IMG/VR virus record: IMGVR_UViG_3300045988_070092
DNA: 34,706 nucleotides
Reading direction: 5' to 3' (one strand)
Source: a virus
A program made the translations under genes and the position numbers. Positions 1-7,980 of this stretch are shown in pieces (within the stretch, counting starts at the first letter, position 1; each line of letters opens with the position of its first letter). The notes below the pieces were generated by a model. That model searched no databases. It saw nothing but the letters and a program-made list of their open reading frames with translations, and was not told the origin of the DNA.

Positions 1-99
1 ATTTTTTTTGTTGACTGCATCGCTTCATCTACTGCTATAGATGTGCGTCCGGCAATCTCATCAATGACTCCAAGCTCAAGAGCATCATCTGGACCAAGA
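1..99. repeat. Terminal assembly overlap, copy 1 (identical to 34608-34706); the window is a circularly closed 34,607-bp unit
   Basis: Direct reading: the 99 nt attttttttgttgactgcatcgc...catcatctggaccaaga occur at both ends. A minus-strand ORF stays in frame across the junction. Confidence 0.95.
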
Positions 100-626
100 A
101 GTGTCTCCTTGTCCATGACTTCTTTTATCTTTTCTTCTGTGACTTTGCCTTCGCATCTCTGCACGAACAAGGCTCTGGAAGCTTTCATCCAAGCGTCAAG
201 CTTGTCTGCCTCGTTTCTGAGATCATCCGCGCTTCCGACTGCTACCGTCCACATGTTGTGTAGGATCATTCCGGTTCCCTCGCCCATGACTCTGTGGTCA
301 CACGCCTGTAAGATTGTGGCTGCAATACTATTTGCCACTCCGTCTACATAGCCAGTCTTATAAGCTTTGCACCGCTTTAACTGCGTAAAAATAGCGGTTC
401 CTTCTTTTACTGAACCGCCATCTGAATTGATATATAATTCAATTGTATCTCCATCTCCGACCTGTTCTAAGATTTCCTGGAAATGTTTTGCCGATGTCTC
501 TGCGTCATCGTACTTGTACGTTTCCCAATTGAAATCTCCTTTCGCCTTTACTTCATCGTACAGATATATCTTATGTACTGTTCCGACTTTTTGGTATGCA
601 TAGCAAATTCCTCCGATTTTACCCAT
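1..626 (-). CDS. ClpP-like (S14) prohead maturation protease, N-terminal part; continues across the junction into 34475-34607
   Basis: Not in the ORF track because it runs off the window edge. ATG at 626-624 follows GGAGGTGAGTACG and overlaps the portal stop by 8 nt. Hand translation: MGKIGGICYAYQKVGTVHKIYLYDEV..ELYINSDGGSVKEGTAIF..GVANSIAATILQA..GMILHNMW. 626+133 = 759 nt, in frame. Lies between portal and capsid. Confidence 0.85.
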   Translation of the reverse strand, partial: MGKIGGICYAYQKVGTVHKIYLYDEVKAKGDFNWETYKYDDAETSAKHFQEILEQVGDGDTIELYINSDGGSVKEGTAIFTQLKRCKAYKTGYVDGVANSIAATILQACDHRVMGEGTGMILHNMWTVAVGSADDLRNEADKLDAWMKASRALFVQRCEGKVTEEKIKEVMDKETLLGPDDALELGVIDEIAGRTSIAVDEAMQSTKK

Positions 627-1779
627 CGTACTCACCTCCTTCCACATTTTCCGTTGCATCTTCCACATTTTGGAAGTTCTTTGTAATTCTGTACTGCTTG
701 CTCCATTCTGTATCTAATGGCATCAGTTCCAACTCCTCTCTTACTTCATCTGTGTTCAATACCGCTGATCCAACAATTTTTTCTACGTTTGCCGCTGAAT
801 CAAACAAGTCTCTGTGCTTGATTCTTCCACTGTAGCATTTGTAATAATTTCCTTTTGTGTATTCATAGGCTGTCGCTCTTTTGTTTAGGACCTCCGATAT
901 TGTGTTTGCCAGCGGGTCAACTGCAAATGTCAGAAAAATATCTAATACATCTTTTACATTCGTGACGCTTCCGAGCATCATAGAAGCTGGGATTTTGAAT
1001 GCCTGTCCCACGACCTCAAAAATGTCTTTTCTGATGCTAATAAAATCTTCTGATGATTTTTGCGGTTTGTTCGAGGACTCTTCTGTTAATTCCTCTCCTT
1101 CATACTCCACGTAGGTCGCATATTCATTTTCCATGTATGCTTTTATGTCTTTTGAAATGATATCTGAAAATGTTTTTTCAAACTCTTTATCTCCCGCTTT
1201 CATTGCATCTACTTTATACTTGAACTTTCGACCGTTTGTGTCTCTGAATGTTCGCGCTGCTGTTTCCAGCAGCTTTCCATATTCCTGATACATTCCGTCT
1301 ATTAGTCCTTTTACGCACTCGTCTTCCATTTTGAACAGATATACTTCCTGTGCAGTAAACACCTTGTTCAGTTGCAAGCCTCCAGTCAGTACTACACCGC
1401 CGTATATATTTCCCAGTATCGGCCGTTCCTCCAATATCGAAAAATCTTCTGCACAATGCAACTCGCCATTGATTTCTACTACCAGCGCGCCTTTTTCTTC
1501 ACGGGTCATCTTCCGGATTACCTTGTGCCAGAAGTAATTGCTGTTTTCATTTTTATTCGGTGACACATTTAACAGATAATAGTCTTCATTTTTCACCGGC
1601 TTTCCTTTTGAAAAAACGCGCATCTCGCACATGCTGATTGCATTCGCAAGGTATGACTGTGCGGTGTATATTGCTAGTTCCTCATAGTAGATCGTTGCCG
1701 GGATGTCTATCACTACTGTCTGCTCTGATCCTATTTTTATTTTTCCAATCCATTTCGCCAAGTAGCTTCCTAGTCCCAC
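619..1779 (-). CDS. Portal protein (HK97-type size and position)
   Basis: 386-aa ORF, GTG start 6 nt after GGAGGA, directly downstream of TerL and upstream of the protease. Confidence 0.85.
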   Translation of the reverse strand: MGLGSYLAKWIGKIKIGSEQTVVIDIPATIYYEELAIYTAQSYLANAISMCEMRVFSKGKPVKNEDYYLLNVSPNKNENSNYFWHKVIRKMTREEKGALVVEINGELHCAEDFSILEERPILGNIYGGVVLTGGLQLNKVFTAQEVYLFKMEDECVKGLIDGMYQEYGKLLETAARTFRDTNGRKFKYKVDAMKAGDKEFEKTFSDIISKDIKAYMENEYATYVEYEGEELTEESSNKPQKSSEDFISIRKDIFEVVGQAFKIPASMMLGSVTNVKDVLDIFLTFAVDPLANTISEVLNKRATAYEYTKGNYYKCYSGRIKHRDLFDSAANVEKIVGSAVLNTDEVREELELMPLDTEWSKQYRITKNFQNVEDATENVEGGEYDG

Positions 1780-1789
1780 TTTTTTCCTC

Positions 1790-3421
1790 CTAACATATTG
1801 TCCTTAACCTTTTTCGTCCAATTGCTGGACGCTGCTTTATGATATCTTCCCATGTCATTGCGGCTACCCACGCCATTGCTCCGTCAGTCTTTCTGGACCT
1901 TGGCTCTATTTTTTGATAGTCAACATTCCCTTTTTTGTCTGTGACTGCCTTGACGTTCCACACGTACCAACGCATGATCGGGCATGTTCCCCACGCTATC
2001 AATTCTTTCGATAGTACGTATCCGATTACCGGCGCAACTTTCATGATGTCACTCGGTCTGATCAGCTTCAGGTTTTTCTTCTCATAAGAAAATCCTATCT
2101 TTTTCAGTTCATCTCTGAACAACGTTTGCCTAAAATTATCCATTACCACTCCTTCTATGATGTATAATTTCGCCATTTCTTTTAGCCACTCTACGATTAA
2201 CTTTGGTGATATTTCTACATCATTTACCATGGTTAATACTCCTGCTTCTTCCGCTTCTTTCAGTGGATAGCGGATTCTTGGCAAATCTCTTGATTTTGTG
2301 CATACCCATGTATGATGCAGCCAGTATCTTTGGTCACCTACCTTAAACAACAGCCCTGCTACTACAAAGTCATCCGTTTTCGAAAAGTCAATTCCGGCTA
2401 CGCAAGAATATCCCTTTAAGTCTGGAAGCTCCCGCGTGGCTTTCACCAGATTATTCCAATCTGTCACGCAATACTGTGTTTCTCCAGGCGGTCTGTTCAT
2501 TCGTTTTGTCATAAATGCTGTGTGAGTAACTGGATCTCTTTTGTAATCCACATACTCCAATTTCATTTCATAAAGCAGGTTTGGAAAGAATCGTAGTGAT
2601 GGATTTGCTTTGTTCCACATTTTTTCTGTGTGTACTTCTTCCGGATCATCCAGCCAGCAAATGAATGGTAGCGTTCCGTTATCCGGTAACTCTCCCTTTA
2701 AAATTTCCAGGCATGTATCTATCAACTGATCCAGCGGACCGTCTCTTACGTCTCCCTGTGTTGTGATGATTGTTCTTCGCGGAAACTGTTTTTTTCCAAG
2801 TCCTCCGGTAGCTACCTCTATCAATTTGTAATTTTCATAAGCGTGATACTCATCAAAATCAACCTTTCCTGGGCGTCCTCCATCTTTTGTCCCCGGAGCT
2901 CGTGTATGATATTTTAATTTTGAACCTGTATTTATGTTTGTGATACACTCCAAATTCCATTTAAAATAGTTTTTGAAATAATCTTTTTTATCTTCCAGAA
3001 TATTGTAAATGTCTTCAAATGTCGCTTTTGCCTGATCTTCCGATGTTGCGAACATATCTATGTGATAATATTTCACGCCATTGATCGGTGTCATCAATGC
3101 AAAATCTTCAAATGCAAGATATCCATTTTTCCCAGCCCCTCTTCCCACCAAAATTACAAGTACAGGAAAGCGTAATTGTCCGTCTCTCCTGTATACGCAA
3201 TTGTGAAGTGCAAAGCAAAATTGTTCCCATGGCAATAACTTATATGGGAAATGCTTTTGTAATCCCAGATATCTTTCTAATTGCTTTTCGTCTACATATA
3301 CGTCTTCCTCCGCAAATACTTTTTCCACAAAGTCGCAAAGAAGCAGTTGTTCTTTGCACACAACTGCTTCGTCACTTCGCACGAATGCGATATATTCATC
3401 TATCTGCTTACAGATCTTCAT
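1790..3421 (-). CDS. terL: Terminase large subunit
   Basis: 543-aa ORF. Walker A-like VGRGAGKNGY near the N-terminus. The nuclease-half length and the position after TerS fit the Terminase_1 type. Confidence 0.9.
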   Translation of the reverse strand: MKICKQIDEYIAFVRSDEAVVCKEQLLLCDFVEKVFAEEDVYVDEKQLERYLGLQKHFPYKLLPWEQFCFALHNCVYRRDGQLRFPVLVILVGRGAGKNGYLAFEDFALMTPINGVKYYHIDMFATSEDQAKATFEDIYNILEDKKDYFKNYFKWNLECITNINTGSKLKYHTRAPGTKDGGRPGKVDFDEYHAYENYKLIEVATGGLGKKQFPRRTIITTQGDVRDGPLDQLIDTCLEILKGELPDNGTLPFICWLDDPEEVHTEKMWNKANPSLRFFPNLLYEMKLEYVDYKRDPVTHTAFMTKRMNRPPGETQYCVTDWNNLVKATRELPDLKGYSCVAGIDFSKTDDFVVAGLLFKVGDQRYWLHHTWVCTKSRDLPRIRYPLKEAEEAGVLTMVNDVEISPKLIVEWLKEMAKLYIIEGVVMDNFRQTLFRDELKKIGFSYEKKNLKLIRPSDIMKVAPVIGYVLSKELIAWGTCPIMRWYVWNVKAVTDKKGNVDYQKIEPRSRKTDGAMAWVAAMTWEDIIKQRPAIGRKRLRTIC

Positions 3422-3767
3422 CTATCATTTCATTTCCGGTCGGTTCATCAGTCGTCAACCCCATTTCTTTCAGGAGCTGAAGCATCTGCTTTTCCACCGC
3501 TACCAAATCCTTTACAGATTGGTTCTGTTTAATGATCGGATAGCCATTCGCGGAGGTTGTCTCATAGGCTACTCCCCTCTCTTTTACATCTTTTTGGAGG
3601 TCTTTTTTTATATCATATAGTGACATATAGTCATAAATAAGATCCATAAAATGAGCTACATTCGCGCCTTTTGCTTCTAGCTGCTTTATTAGCGAAGCCT
3701 TAATTTGCGCCTTTGTCGGCTTTTTTGTCTTTTCCATCTTGACACCAACTTTTTTATTTTTTATCAT
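3408..3767 (-). CDS. terS: Terminase small subunit (P27-like); the start may be the internal Met at 3737
   Basis: 119-aa ORF overlapping the terL start. The C-terminal ERGVAYETTSANGYPIIKQNQSVKDL..LLKEMGLT resembles P27-family TerS. Confidence 0.75.
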   Translation of the reverse strand: MIKNKKVGVKMEKTKKPTKAQIKASLIKQLEAKGANVAHFMDLIYDYMSLYDIKKDLQKDVKERGVAYETTSANGYPIIKQNQSVKDLVAVEKQMLQLLKEMGLTTDEPTGNEMIDEDL

Positions 3768-3793
3768 GCGCGACTCAGCGCGGTTTAGTCTTG

Positions 3794-3848
3794 CCCCCTA
3801 CCCGTTGTAAGCTCCCCCACGAAAATTAGGGTATATGGGGGTAGGGGG
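3794..3848. repeat. GC-rich inverted repeat (10-bp arms ccccctaccc / gggtaggggg, 35-nt spacer); candidate cos/packaging signal
   Basis: Arms read at 3794-3803 and 3839-3848, with extra C5/G5 runs between them. Lies between the HNH and terS genes. Confidence 0.5.
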
Positions 3849-4040
3849 GTCTGTTTTAGTGAAAAAAATCTCGCTGTACATGCCAATCACATCATCAAGT
3901 ACCAGGAATCGGTTGCAACAGGACGTTCGCACCTCTGTCACTCTGTGTGGTGAGTTCCCGAACACTCTGTCATACTTGTATTCAATTGCTCTCCTGTATC
4001 CGTGTCCAGTAAACACGACATAGTCTCCAACTTTTACCAA
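3798..4040 (-). CDS. Hypothetical small protein (TTG start); its 3' end overlaps the GC-rich repeat
   Basis: 80-aa ORF from the track. No convincing SD. The C-terminal TDPPTPIYPNFRGGAYNG is encoded by the inverted repeat. Confidence 0.4.
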   Translation of the reverse strand: MVKVGDYVVFTGHGYRRAIEYKYDRVFGNSPHRVTEVRTSCCNRFLVLDDVIGMYSEIFFTKTDPPTPIYPNFRGGAYNG

Positions 4041-4375
4041 CGTTCTTCATTCACCTGTTTCTTTTTCTTATACTTCATTCGTTCATGTGCTCTGTCGTGG
4101 CAGTCGTGGCAGAGCGGCACAAGGTTCCTGTATCTCTGCCCTCTGTAGTCATAGTACTCACACAGTGCAAGCTCTGGGTACTTCTTAACATACTGTATGT
4201 GATGTACCTCTTCTGCTTTGGATATGATTCCCTCTTCTCTGCACCATAGGCATTCATTGTGGAATTCCTTCAGGACTTTCTCTTTCAGTTCCTTCCACTC
4301 TCTACTCTTGTAGAATCTATACAGCTTATCTTCTGCTATCAATTGTTTTATCTTTTCTTTTGTCCACTCTGCCAT
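4034..4375 (-). CDS. HNH endonuclease (terminase-associated type)
   Basis: I start at MAEWTKEK (ATG 4375). Motifs EVHHIQ..., NLVPLCHDCHDRAH. The track's longer 4034-4462 start runs through the tRNA-like gene. Confidence 0.88.
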   Translation of the reverse strand: MAEWTKEKIKQLIAEDKLYRFYKSREWKELKEKVLKEFHNECLWCREEGIISKAEEVHHIQYVKKYPELALCEYYDYRGQRYRNLVPLCHDCHDRAHERMKYKKKKQVNEERW

Positions 4376-4380
4376 ACTCT

Positions 4381-4396
4381 TTTGCGACGTCGCACG
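4381..4396. promoter_or_regulatory. Palindrome copy A (minus strand: CGTGCGACGTCGCAAA), 5 nt upstream of the HNH start region
   Basis: Read directly. Its 12-bp perfect core TGCGACGTCGCA is shared with 18788-18803, 22639-22654 and 11670-11685. Confidence 0.6.
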
Positions 4397-4397
4397 A

Positions 4398-4471
4398 TTG
4401 CAGGAGCAGGAATCGAACCTGCTTCCTCCGGCTACTAACACCGGTGTGCTTGCCTTTCGCACCCTCCTGCT
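4398..4471 (-). tRNA. tRNA-like gene, 74 nt, anticodon UAG (Leu by anticodon) with atypical features
   Basis: Hand-folded cloverleaf: acceptor AGCAGGA/UCCUGCA (A1-A72 mismatch), D stem GUGC/GCAC with GG in the loop, anticodon stem CCGGU/GCCGG, loop GUUAGUA, 5-nt variable loop, T arm GCAGG-UUCGAUU-CCUGC, discriminator A. No encoded CCA. Confidence 0.55.
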
Positions 4472-4736
4472 ACATTACTCTACAATCACATTTTCTCTTT
4501 TCTGTAAAGAGAATTACCTTGTTCCTGTTCATATATGTGCAAGCATAATGATATTCCTTTCCATCATTGGTAGTGATCCTTTTGCAGTACTCACATTCCT
4601 TGCACTTCGGTATCTTGCTGTTCGCTTTTCTTTTGTTTGTTGTGTATCCGGGACACCCTTTCTCTGCCGGACAGTGCCGCCCTTTCTTGAGTTGGTAATA
4701 ATATTTACAGCATGTGTTTTTACATGTAACTAGCAT
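4470..4736 (-). CDS. Cysteine-rich small protein (putative zinc-binding)
   Basis: I start at MLVTCKNTCC after GGGAGGGAAT. Many CxxC pairs, e.g. CKECEYC. First gene after the 4764-4948 intergenic region. Confidence 0.7.
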   Translation of the reverse strand: MLVTCKNTCCKYYYQLKKGRHCPAEKGCPGYTTNKRKANSKIPKCKECEYCKRITTNDGKEYHYACTYMNRNKVILFTEKRKCDCRVM

Positions 4737-4754
4737 ATTCCCTCCCAAATCAAA

Positions 4755-4780
4755 TGGCAGCAATCAATTGACTGCTGCCA
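4755..4780. promoter_or_regulatory. 26-bp near-perfect palindrome/hairpin TGGCAGCAaTCAATTGAcTGCTGCCA, followed on the minus strand by TTTGATTT
   Basis: 8-bp arms at 4755-4762 and 4773-4780 plus an inner TCAATTGA palindrome. Lies about 20 nt upstream of the 4736 start. Could be an operator or an attenuator-like terminator. Confidence 0.5.
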
Positions 4781-4822
4781 CTGTTCATTCTCTTCTGTTG
4801 TTCTCTTTCGTTCTTCTTTTTT

Positions 4823-4851
4823 ATCAGAGCGTGATTAGGCCACGCTCTGAT
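4823..4851. other. 11-bp-stem GC-rich hairpin (atcagagcgtg / cacgctctgat, 7-nt loop)
   Basis: Read directly. No U-tract follows it on either strand, so it is not a canonical terminator. Confidence 0.5.
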
Positions 4852-4948
4852 GTGTGAAATTCTAAGGAGTCCTTTGTGATTCGTCTGATCTCATCTTTTG
4901 GACGCTATCATATTAACACGGTTTTTTGTCCTGTGAGTTTTTATTTTC

Positions 4949-5368
4949 TTAATATTTCCATCTTTTTTTATCCAGCAACCAATAGAACTTTCTCCTTGCC
5001 TCGTAATAGTCCGTATTTTTGCAATCCATTCCTTCCATCATTCGTAGATTATTAAATGTTACGCCTTCTTGCGTAACTGCTTTTAATATCCAGCTGTACA
5101 AATCCGGGCTCGCTTCTATTGCTGTCTGCTCAACTATCTTACACTTTTCTTCCAGCTCCATTCTTCTGATTGCCAGCTGTTCCGTGGCGCTCCCCTGTGA
5201 TGGGCTTCCTTTTCCTTCCTGTCCATACTGGATGGCCTTTACTGTATTTGTAAGATTTGCAAGTTCTTCGCGCCATTCTGGATATTGATAGCATCTGTAT
5301 TTTAATTCACAGAATCTATCTTTTGAAATATTATATTTCTTTTCATTGATCGGTCTTGTGTCTGGCAT
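4949..5368 (-). CDS. Putative late-gene transcriptional activator (ArpU/RinA/sigma region-4-like)
   Basis: 139-aa ORF, the last gene before the packaging module. A C-terminal helical segment ...VTFNNLRMMEGMDCKNTDYYEARRKFYWLL resembles this class. Assignment rests on position plus loose similarity. Confidence 0.5.
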   Translation of the reverse strand: MPDTRPINEKKYNISKDRFCELKYRCYQYPEWREELANLTNTVKAIQYGQEGKGSPSQGSATEQLAIRRMELEEKCKIVEQTAIEASPDLYSWILKAVTQEGVTFNNLRMMEGMDCKNTDYYEARRKFYWLLDKKRWKY

Positions 5369-5409
5369 ATGCTCCTCCTACGCTGTTCTCCGTGCTGCTA
5401 CCACAGTCG

Positions 5410-5685
5410 TTACACTCTTTTTTGGAATTTTTCAAGCATTCTTGCTTTCCAGCCTTCCGGCTGTTCTTCTGGCTGTTCCTGTTCTTCTTCATTGTATAAA
5501 AATGATTTTATTTCCCGTTTACACTCTCCGCAGTAGCATCTGGCTTTTACCGCGTCTGCTTCAAATGTTGTTGCAAATGTGTCTGCTGTGCCAAGTATGC
5601 TTACGCTCTCGGCTGTGATTGCCACTCTGTAGATGGTTCCGTCTACGATTTCTTTTCCGCAACGGTCACAATAATATGCTATCAT
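5410..5685 (-). CDS. Zinc-ribbon small protein
   Basis: 91 aa. CDRCG...CGEC pairs and an acidic C-terminus. Confidence 0.7.
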   Translation of the reverse strand: MIAYYCDRCGKEIVDGTIYRVAITAESVSILGTADTFATTFEADAVKARCYCGECKREIKSFLYNEEEQEQPEEQPEGWKARMLEKFQKRV

Positions 5686-6149
5686 TTTGTACCTCCTAAT
5701 AATTCCGGATTGTCATAGATATTACCGATAACCTTCATTTCGCATCTCTTGACATTTTGATGATTTAATGGCATTGGATAGCAAAATGGCTCACACCTAC
5801 TGATTGCGTCTGTTGGAACCACTTCATAATGCCAGCCAATCGCGGTATCGACTGCTTGCTCTGTTATGATGTCAATTACACGGAATTCTCCAAACACTGC
5901 CTTTACAAGATCGTCCGGGTTGCCGTGACACATCAGAATATCATTCTCCCATATTTTCTTTCCATTCTTGTCGGTCAGTCCTGTATACTGGCAAATGGTA
6001 TCTTCATCAACCAGGAATTCACCCTCAAGGCTTTTATCATTGATATAATTCTTGTCACTAAGATAGCCATGCACCCATCTTCCATTAAGATACTCGTTAC
6101 TATCTATTGCATGGATATGTTTTGCTCTAAAAAGCATTTCTCTACTCAT
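5682..6149 (-). CDS. YopX-family protein
   Basis: 155 aa. MLFRAK.., QYTGLTDKNGKKIWENDIL and C-terminal VIGNIYDNPELL are hallmark YopX motifs. Confidence 0.85.
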   Translation of the reverse strand: MSREMLFRAKHIHAIDSNEYLNGRWVHGYLSDKNYINDKSLEGEFLVDEDTICQYTGLTDKNGKKIWENDILMCHGNPDDLVKAVFGEFRVIDIITEQAVDTAIGWHYEVVPTDAISRCEPFCYPMPLNHQNVKRCEMKVIGNIYDNPELLGGTK

Positions 6150-6171
6150 ATTCCTCTACTACCTCCAACTC

Positions 6172-6450
6172 TTAAACCCAAAATTCCATGTGCAGATATT
6201 TTCCCGGATATTCTGTTTCCCAGTAATAATGACCGTAATAGTCATCTTCACAGCATCCAGTCCACTGTTCGCTCCATTCTTTGCATTCATCATTTCCTTG
6301 CTCTTTTCCTGTGTGATAGTCTGTAATATCGGCGCAATCCGAATCCATTCCATCCATATCAAGATTTTCTTTGCACCATACGTCTATTTCTTCGTTAAGC
6401 TTATTTCTCTGCTCAATCTTGTCCACTATTTCTTTTGGAATTTTACTCAT
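6172..6450 (-). CDS. Acidic, Cys/Trp-rich hypothetical protein
   Basis: 92-aa ORF in the same-strand early gene string. Confidence 0.65.
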   Translation of the reverse strand: MSKIPKEIVDKIEQRNKLNEEIDVWCKENLDMDGMDSDCADITDYHTGKEQGNDECKEWSEQWTGCCEDDYYGHYYWETEYPGKYLHMEFWV

Positions 6451-6456
6451 AACTGT

Positions 6457-6615
6457 CTATCGCCTCCTTATAACGTTCAGCAAGTCTTCCACTCCCTGGA
6501 CGTATCCGTCTTTATATTCTGTAGCCTCTTTTATTTTCTGGCTACACTTTCTCTCTGCTTCATTTTGCAACTTATTTGCTCGTTCTTCTATCTGGTCATA
6601 TTCTTTCTTGTCCAT
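6457..6615 (-). CDS. Small coiled-coil protein (52 aa)
   Basis: Below the track cutoff. ATG 6615 follows GGAGGCTGCA. Hand translation: MDKKEYDQIEERANKLQNEAERKCSQKIKEATEYKDGYVQGVEDLLNVIRRR. Confidence 0.55.
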   Translation of the reverse strand: MDKKEYDQIEERANKLQNEAERKCSQKIKEATEYKDGYVQGVEDLLNVIRRR

Positions 6616-6624
6616 TGCAGCCTC

Positions 6625-7176
6625 CTAAATCTTATCTCCTATAAGCTTTTCTGTTAATTTCATGTATAAGTCTTTGTATATGTCTCTTTCTGCCGCGACT
6701 TTGATGGTTTCGTCTGTGTTTTCTTGTTGTGATAATTGTTTTTCTAATTCCTGTTGTTTATCAGTCTCTTCCTTAATTCTGTTTCGAAGTCCATCATTTA
6801 TTCTCTGTGCCTCACTCAGAGAATCTGTCAGCTCTTTCAGTTTTTCTGTCATAGTGTCGTCGCTTTCTGTAATTCCGAGCGAGATGGATAACCCCTTGTT
6901 AATTCTCTCTATTTCCTCGTCCGTACAGGTGCGTATGAATCCGTCAATTCTGTCTTTGCTGACACTCACAACCTGCTCACATAGCGCCGTAGATGGTAGA
7001 TGGCATCTTACTTTTGCGTGTGTTGGCAGTGATTCATTTGGCTTTTCTACCAGATATGCCACTTCTACCATGTTCTGGCTTTCGTTAATGTCGTTGTTCG
7101 ACACGATAACCGCCGGTCTACCTGTGTCCTGATTTATTTTTTTGATGTAGAATATGTCTCCTCTATATATTTCCAT
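6625..7176 (-). CDS. MazF/PemK-like toxin domain fused to a roughly 75-aa C-terminal coiled coil
   Basis: 183 aa. YRGDIFYI..GRPAVIVSNNDINESQNMVEVAYL..P.THAKV..STALCEQVVSVSKDRI matches the PemK/MazF pattern. The C-terminal part is heptad-like and charged. Confidence 0.8.
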   Translation of the reverse strand: MEIYRGDIFYIKKINQDTGRPAVIVSNNDINESQNMVEVAYLVEKPNESLPTHAKVRCHLPSTALCEQVVSVSKDRIDGFIRTCTDEEIERINKGLSISLGITESDDTMTEKLKELTDSLSEAQRINDGLRNRIKEETDKQQELEKQLSQQENTDETIKVAAERDIYKDLYMKLTEKLIGDKI

Positions 7177-7265
7177 TGTTTTTTTGCTCCCTTCTCTGTA
7201 TTTTTGATAGCTTGAAATGCTGTTGGGTCGTAATAACCGGCTCCATTTCTTTTTATGTTATCCAT
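7134..7265 (-). CDS. Small ORF (43 aa) overlapping the MazF-like start by 43 nt
   Basis: ATG 7265 follows AAGGAGTAAGAAA. Hand translation: MDNIKRNGAGYYDPTAFQAIKNTEKGAKKQWKYIEETYSTSKK. Confidence 0.45.
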   Translation of the reverse strand: MDNIKRNGAGYYDPTAFQAIKNTEKGAKKQWKYIEETYSTSKK

Positions 7266-7269
7266 TTTC

Positions 7270-7581
7270 TTACTCCTTATATGGTTCTGGAAGTGGTCTC
7301 CATGCTTCTACGGCTATTCCGAAGTCTTCACATGGTATGTCTTCGTTAAGATAGAATATTCCTCCAATATCGTCTTCCTCGTATTTTCCGACGCCTAGAG
7401 TGCTAAAGCCTTCGCATGATATCAATACATATTCTCCAGTTTTCGGCAATCTTTCACTGCATGGAATCCACTGAGTTTCTTTCAGTACATGTATCCCCAT
7501 TTCAATAGCATCTACTGTTTCCTCAGACCAGCCCCATTCAAGATGTTTCACCAATCTATCTATTGCTTGTTGATTATTCAT
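7270..7581 (-). CDS. DUF551-like protein, paralog 2
   Basis: WIPCSERLPKTGEYVLIS...VEAWRPLPEPYKE. Start MNNQQAID overlaps the upstream stop (ATGAATAA). Confidence 0.75.
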   Translation of the reverse strand: MNNQQAIDRLVKHLEWGWSEETVDAIEMGIHVLKETQWIPCSERLPKTGEYVLISCEGFSTLGVGKYEEDDIGGIFYLNEDIPCEDFGIAVEAWRPLPEPYKE

Positions 7582-7942
7582 CTTCGCCCTCCTTATACGG
7601 TTCCGGCAATGGCATCCAGGCAGCAATTACTTTTGTCGTATGTTCATAGATTCCTTGAAAGATTCCATTTCCCCAATATCTCATCTCTGTTACTGTTCCG
7701 CTGTAAAAGCATACAATTACATCCGTATTATCCTCCGGCAACCTCTCGCTGCATGGAATCCATCTTGTCTCTTCTACTACATTTTCCGGGTAATACTGTG
7801 GTAGTCTGTCTATTACGCGTTCCATGCAGTTATAGCAAAATTCAATTAATTTCTTTTCCTGATAGCCTTCATAGCACTTTTGGGTATCTTGCATATCTTC
7901 TCTCAATGCATTAATTACCATGCCTTTTCTAAGATATCCCAT
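7574..7942 (-). CDS. DUF551-like protein, paralog 1
   Basis: WIPCSERLPEDNTDVIVC...AAWMPLPEPYKE. SD AAAGGAGAAAAAG lies before the ATG. Confidence 0.75.
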   Translation of the reverse strand: MGYLRKGMVINALREDMQDTQKCYEGYQEKKLIEFCYNCMERVIDRLPQYYPENVVEETRWIPCSERLPEDNTDVIVCFYSGTVTEMRYWGNGIFQGIYEHTTKVIAAWMPLPEPYKEGEDE

Positions 7943-7980
7943 CTACTTTTTCTCCTTTCATAATATCTATCGCTGATTTG

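Noticed and set aside
4376-4462. N-terminal extension of the HNH ORF (track 4034-4462).
   Set aside because: The extension is the reverse-strand reading of the tRNA-like gene and the palindrome. A good internal Met (MAEWTKEK) begins the conserved HNH protein.
4398-4471. Suppressor tRNA or stop-codon recoding.
   Set aside because: The anticodon is UAG, which reads CUA (Leu), not CUA, UUA or UCA. All long genes are intact under the standard code.
4823-4851. The 11-bp-stem hairpin as an intrinsic terminator.
   Set aside because: No U-tract follows it on either strand. The T-run precedes it on the plus strand and an A-run follows it on the minus strand.
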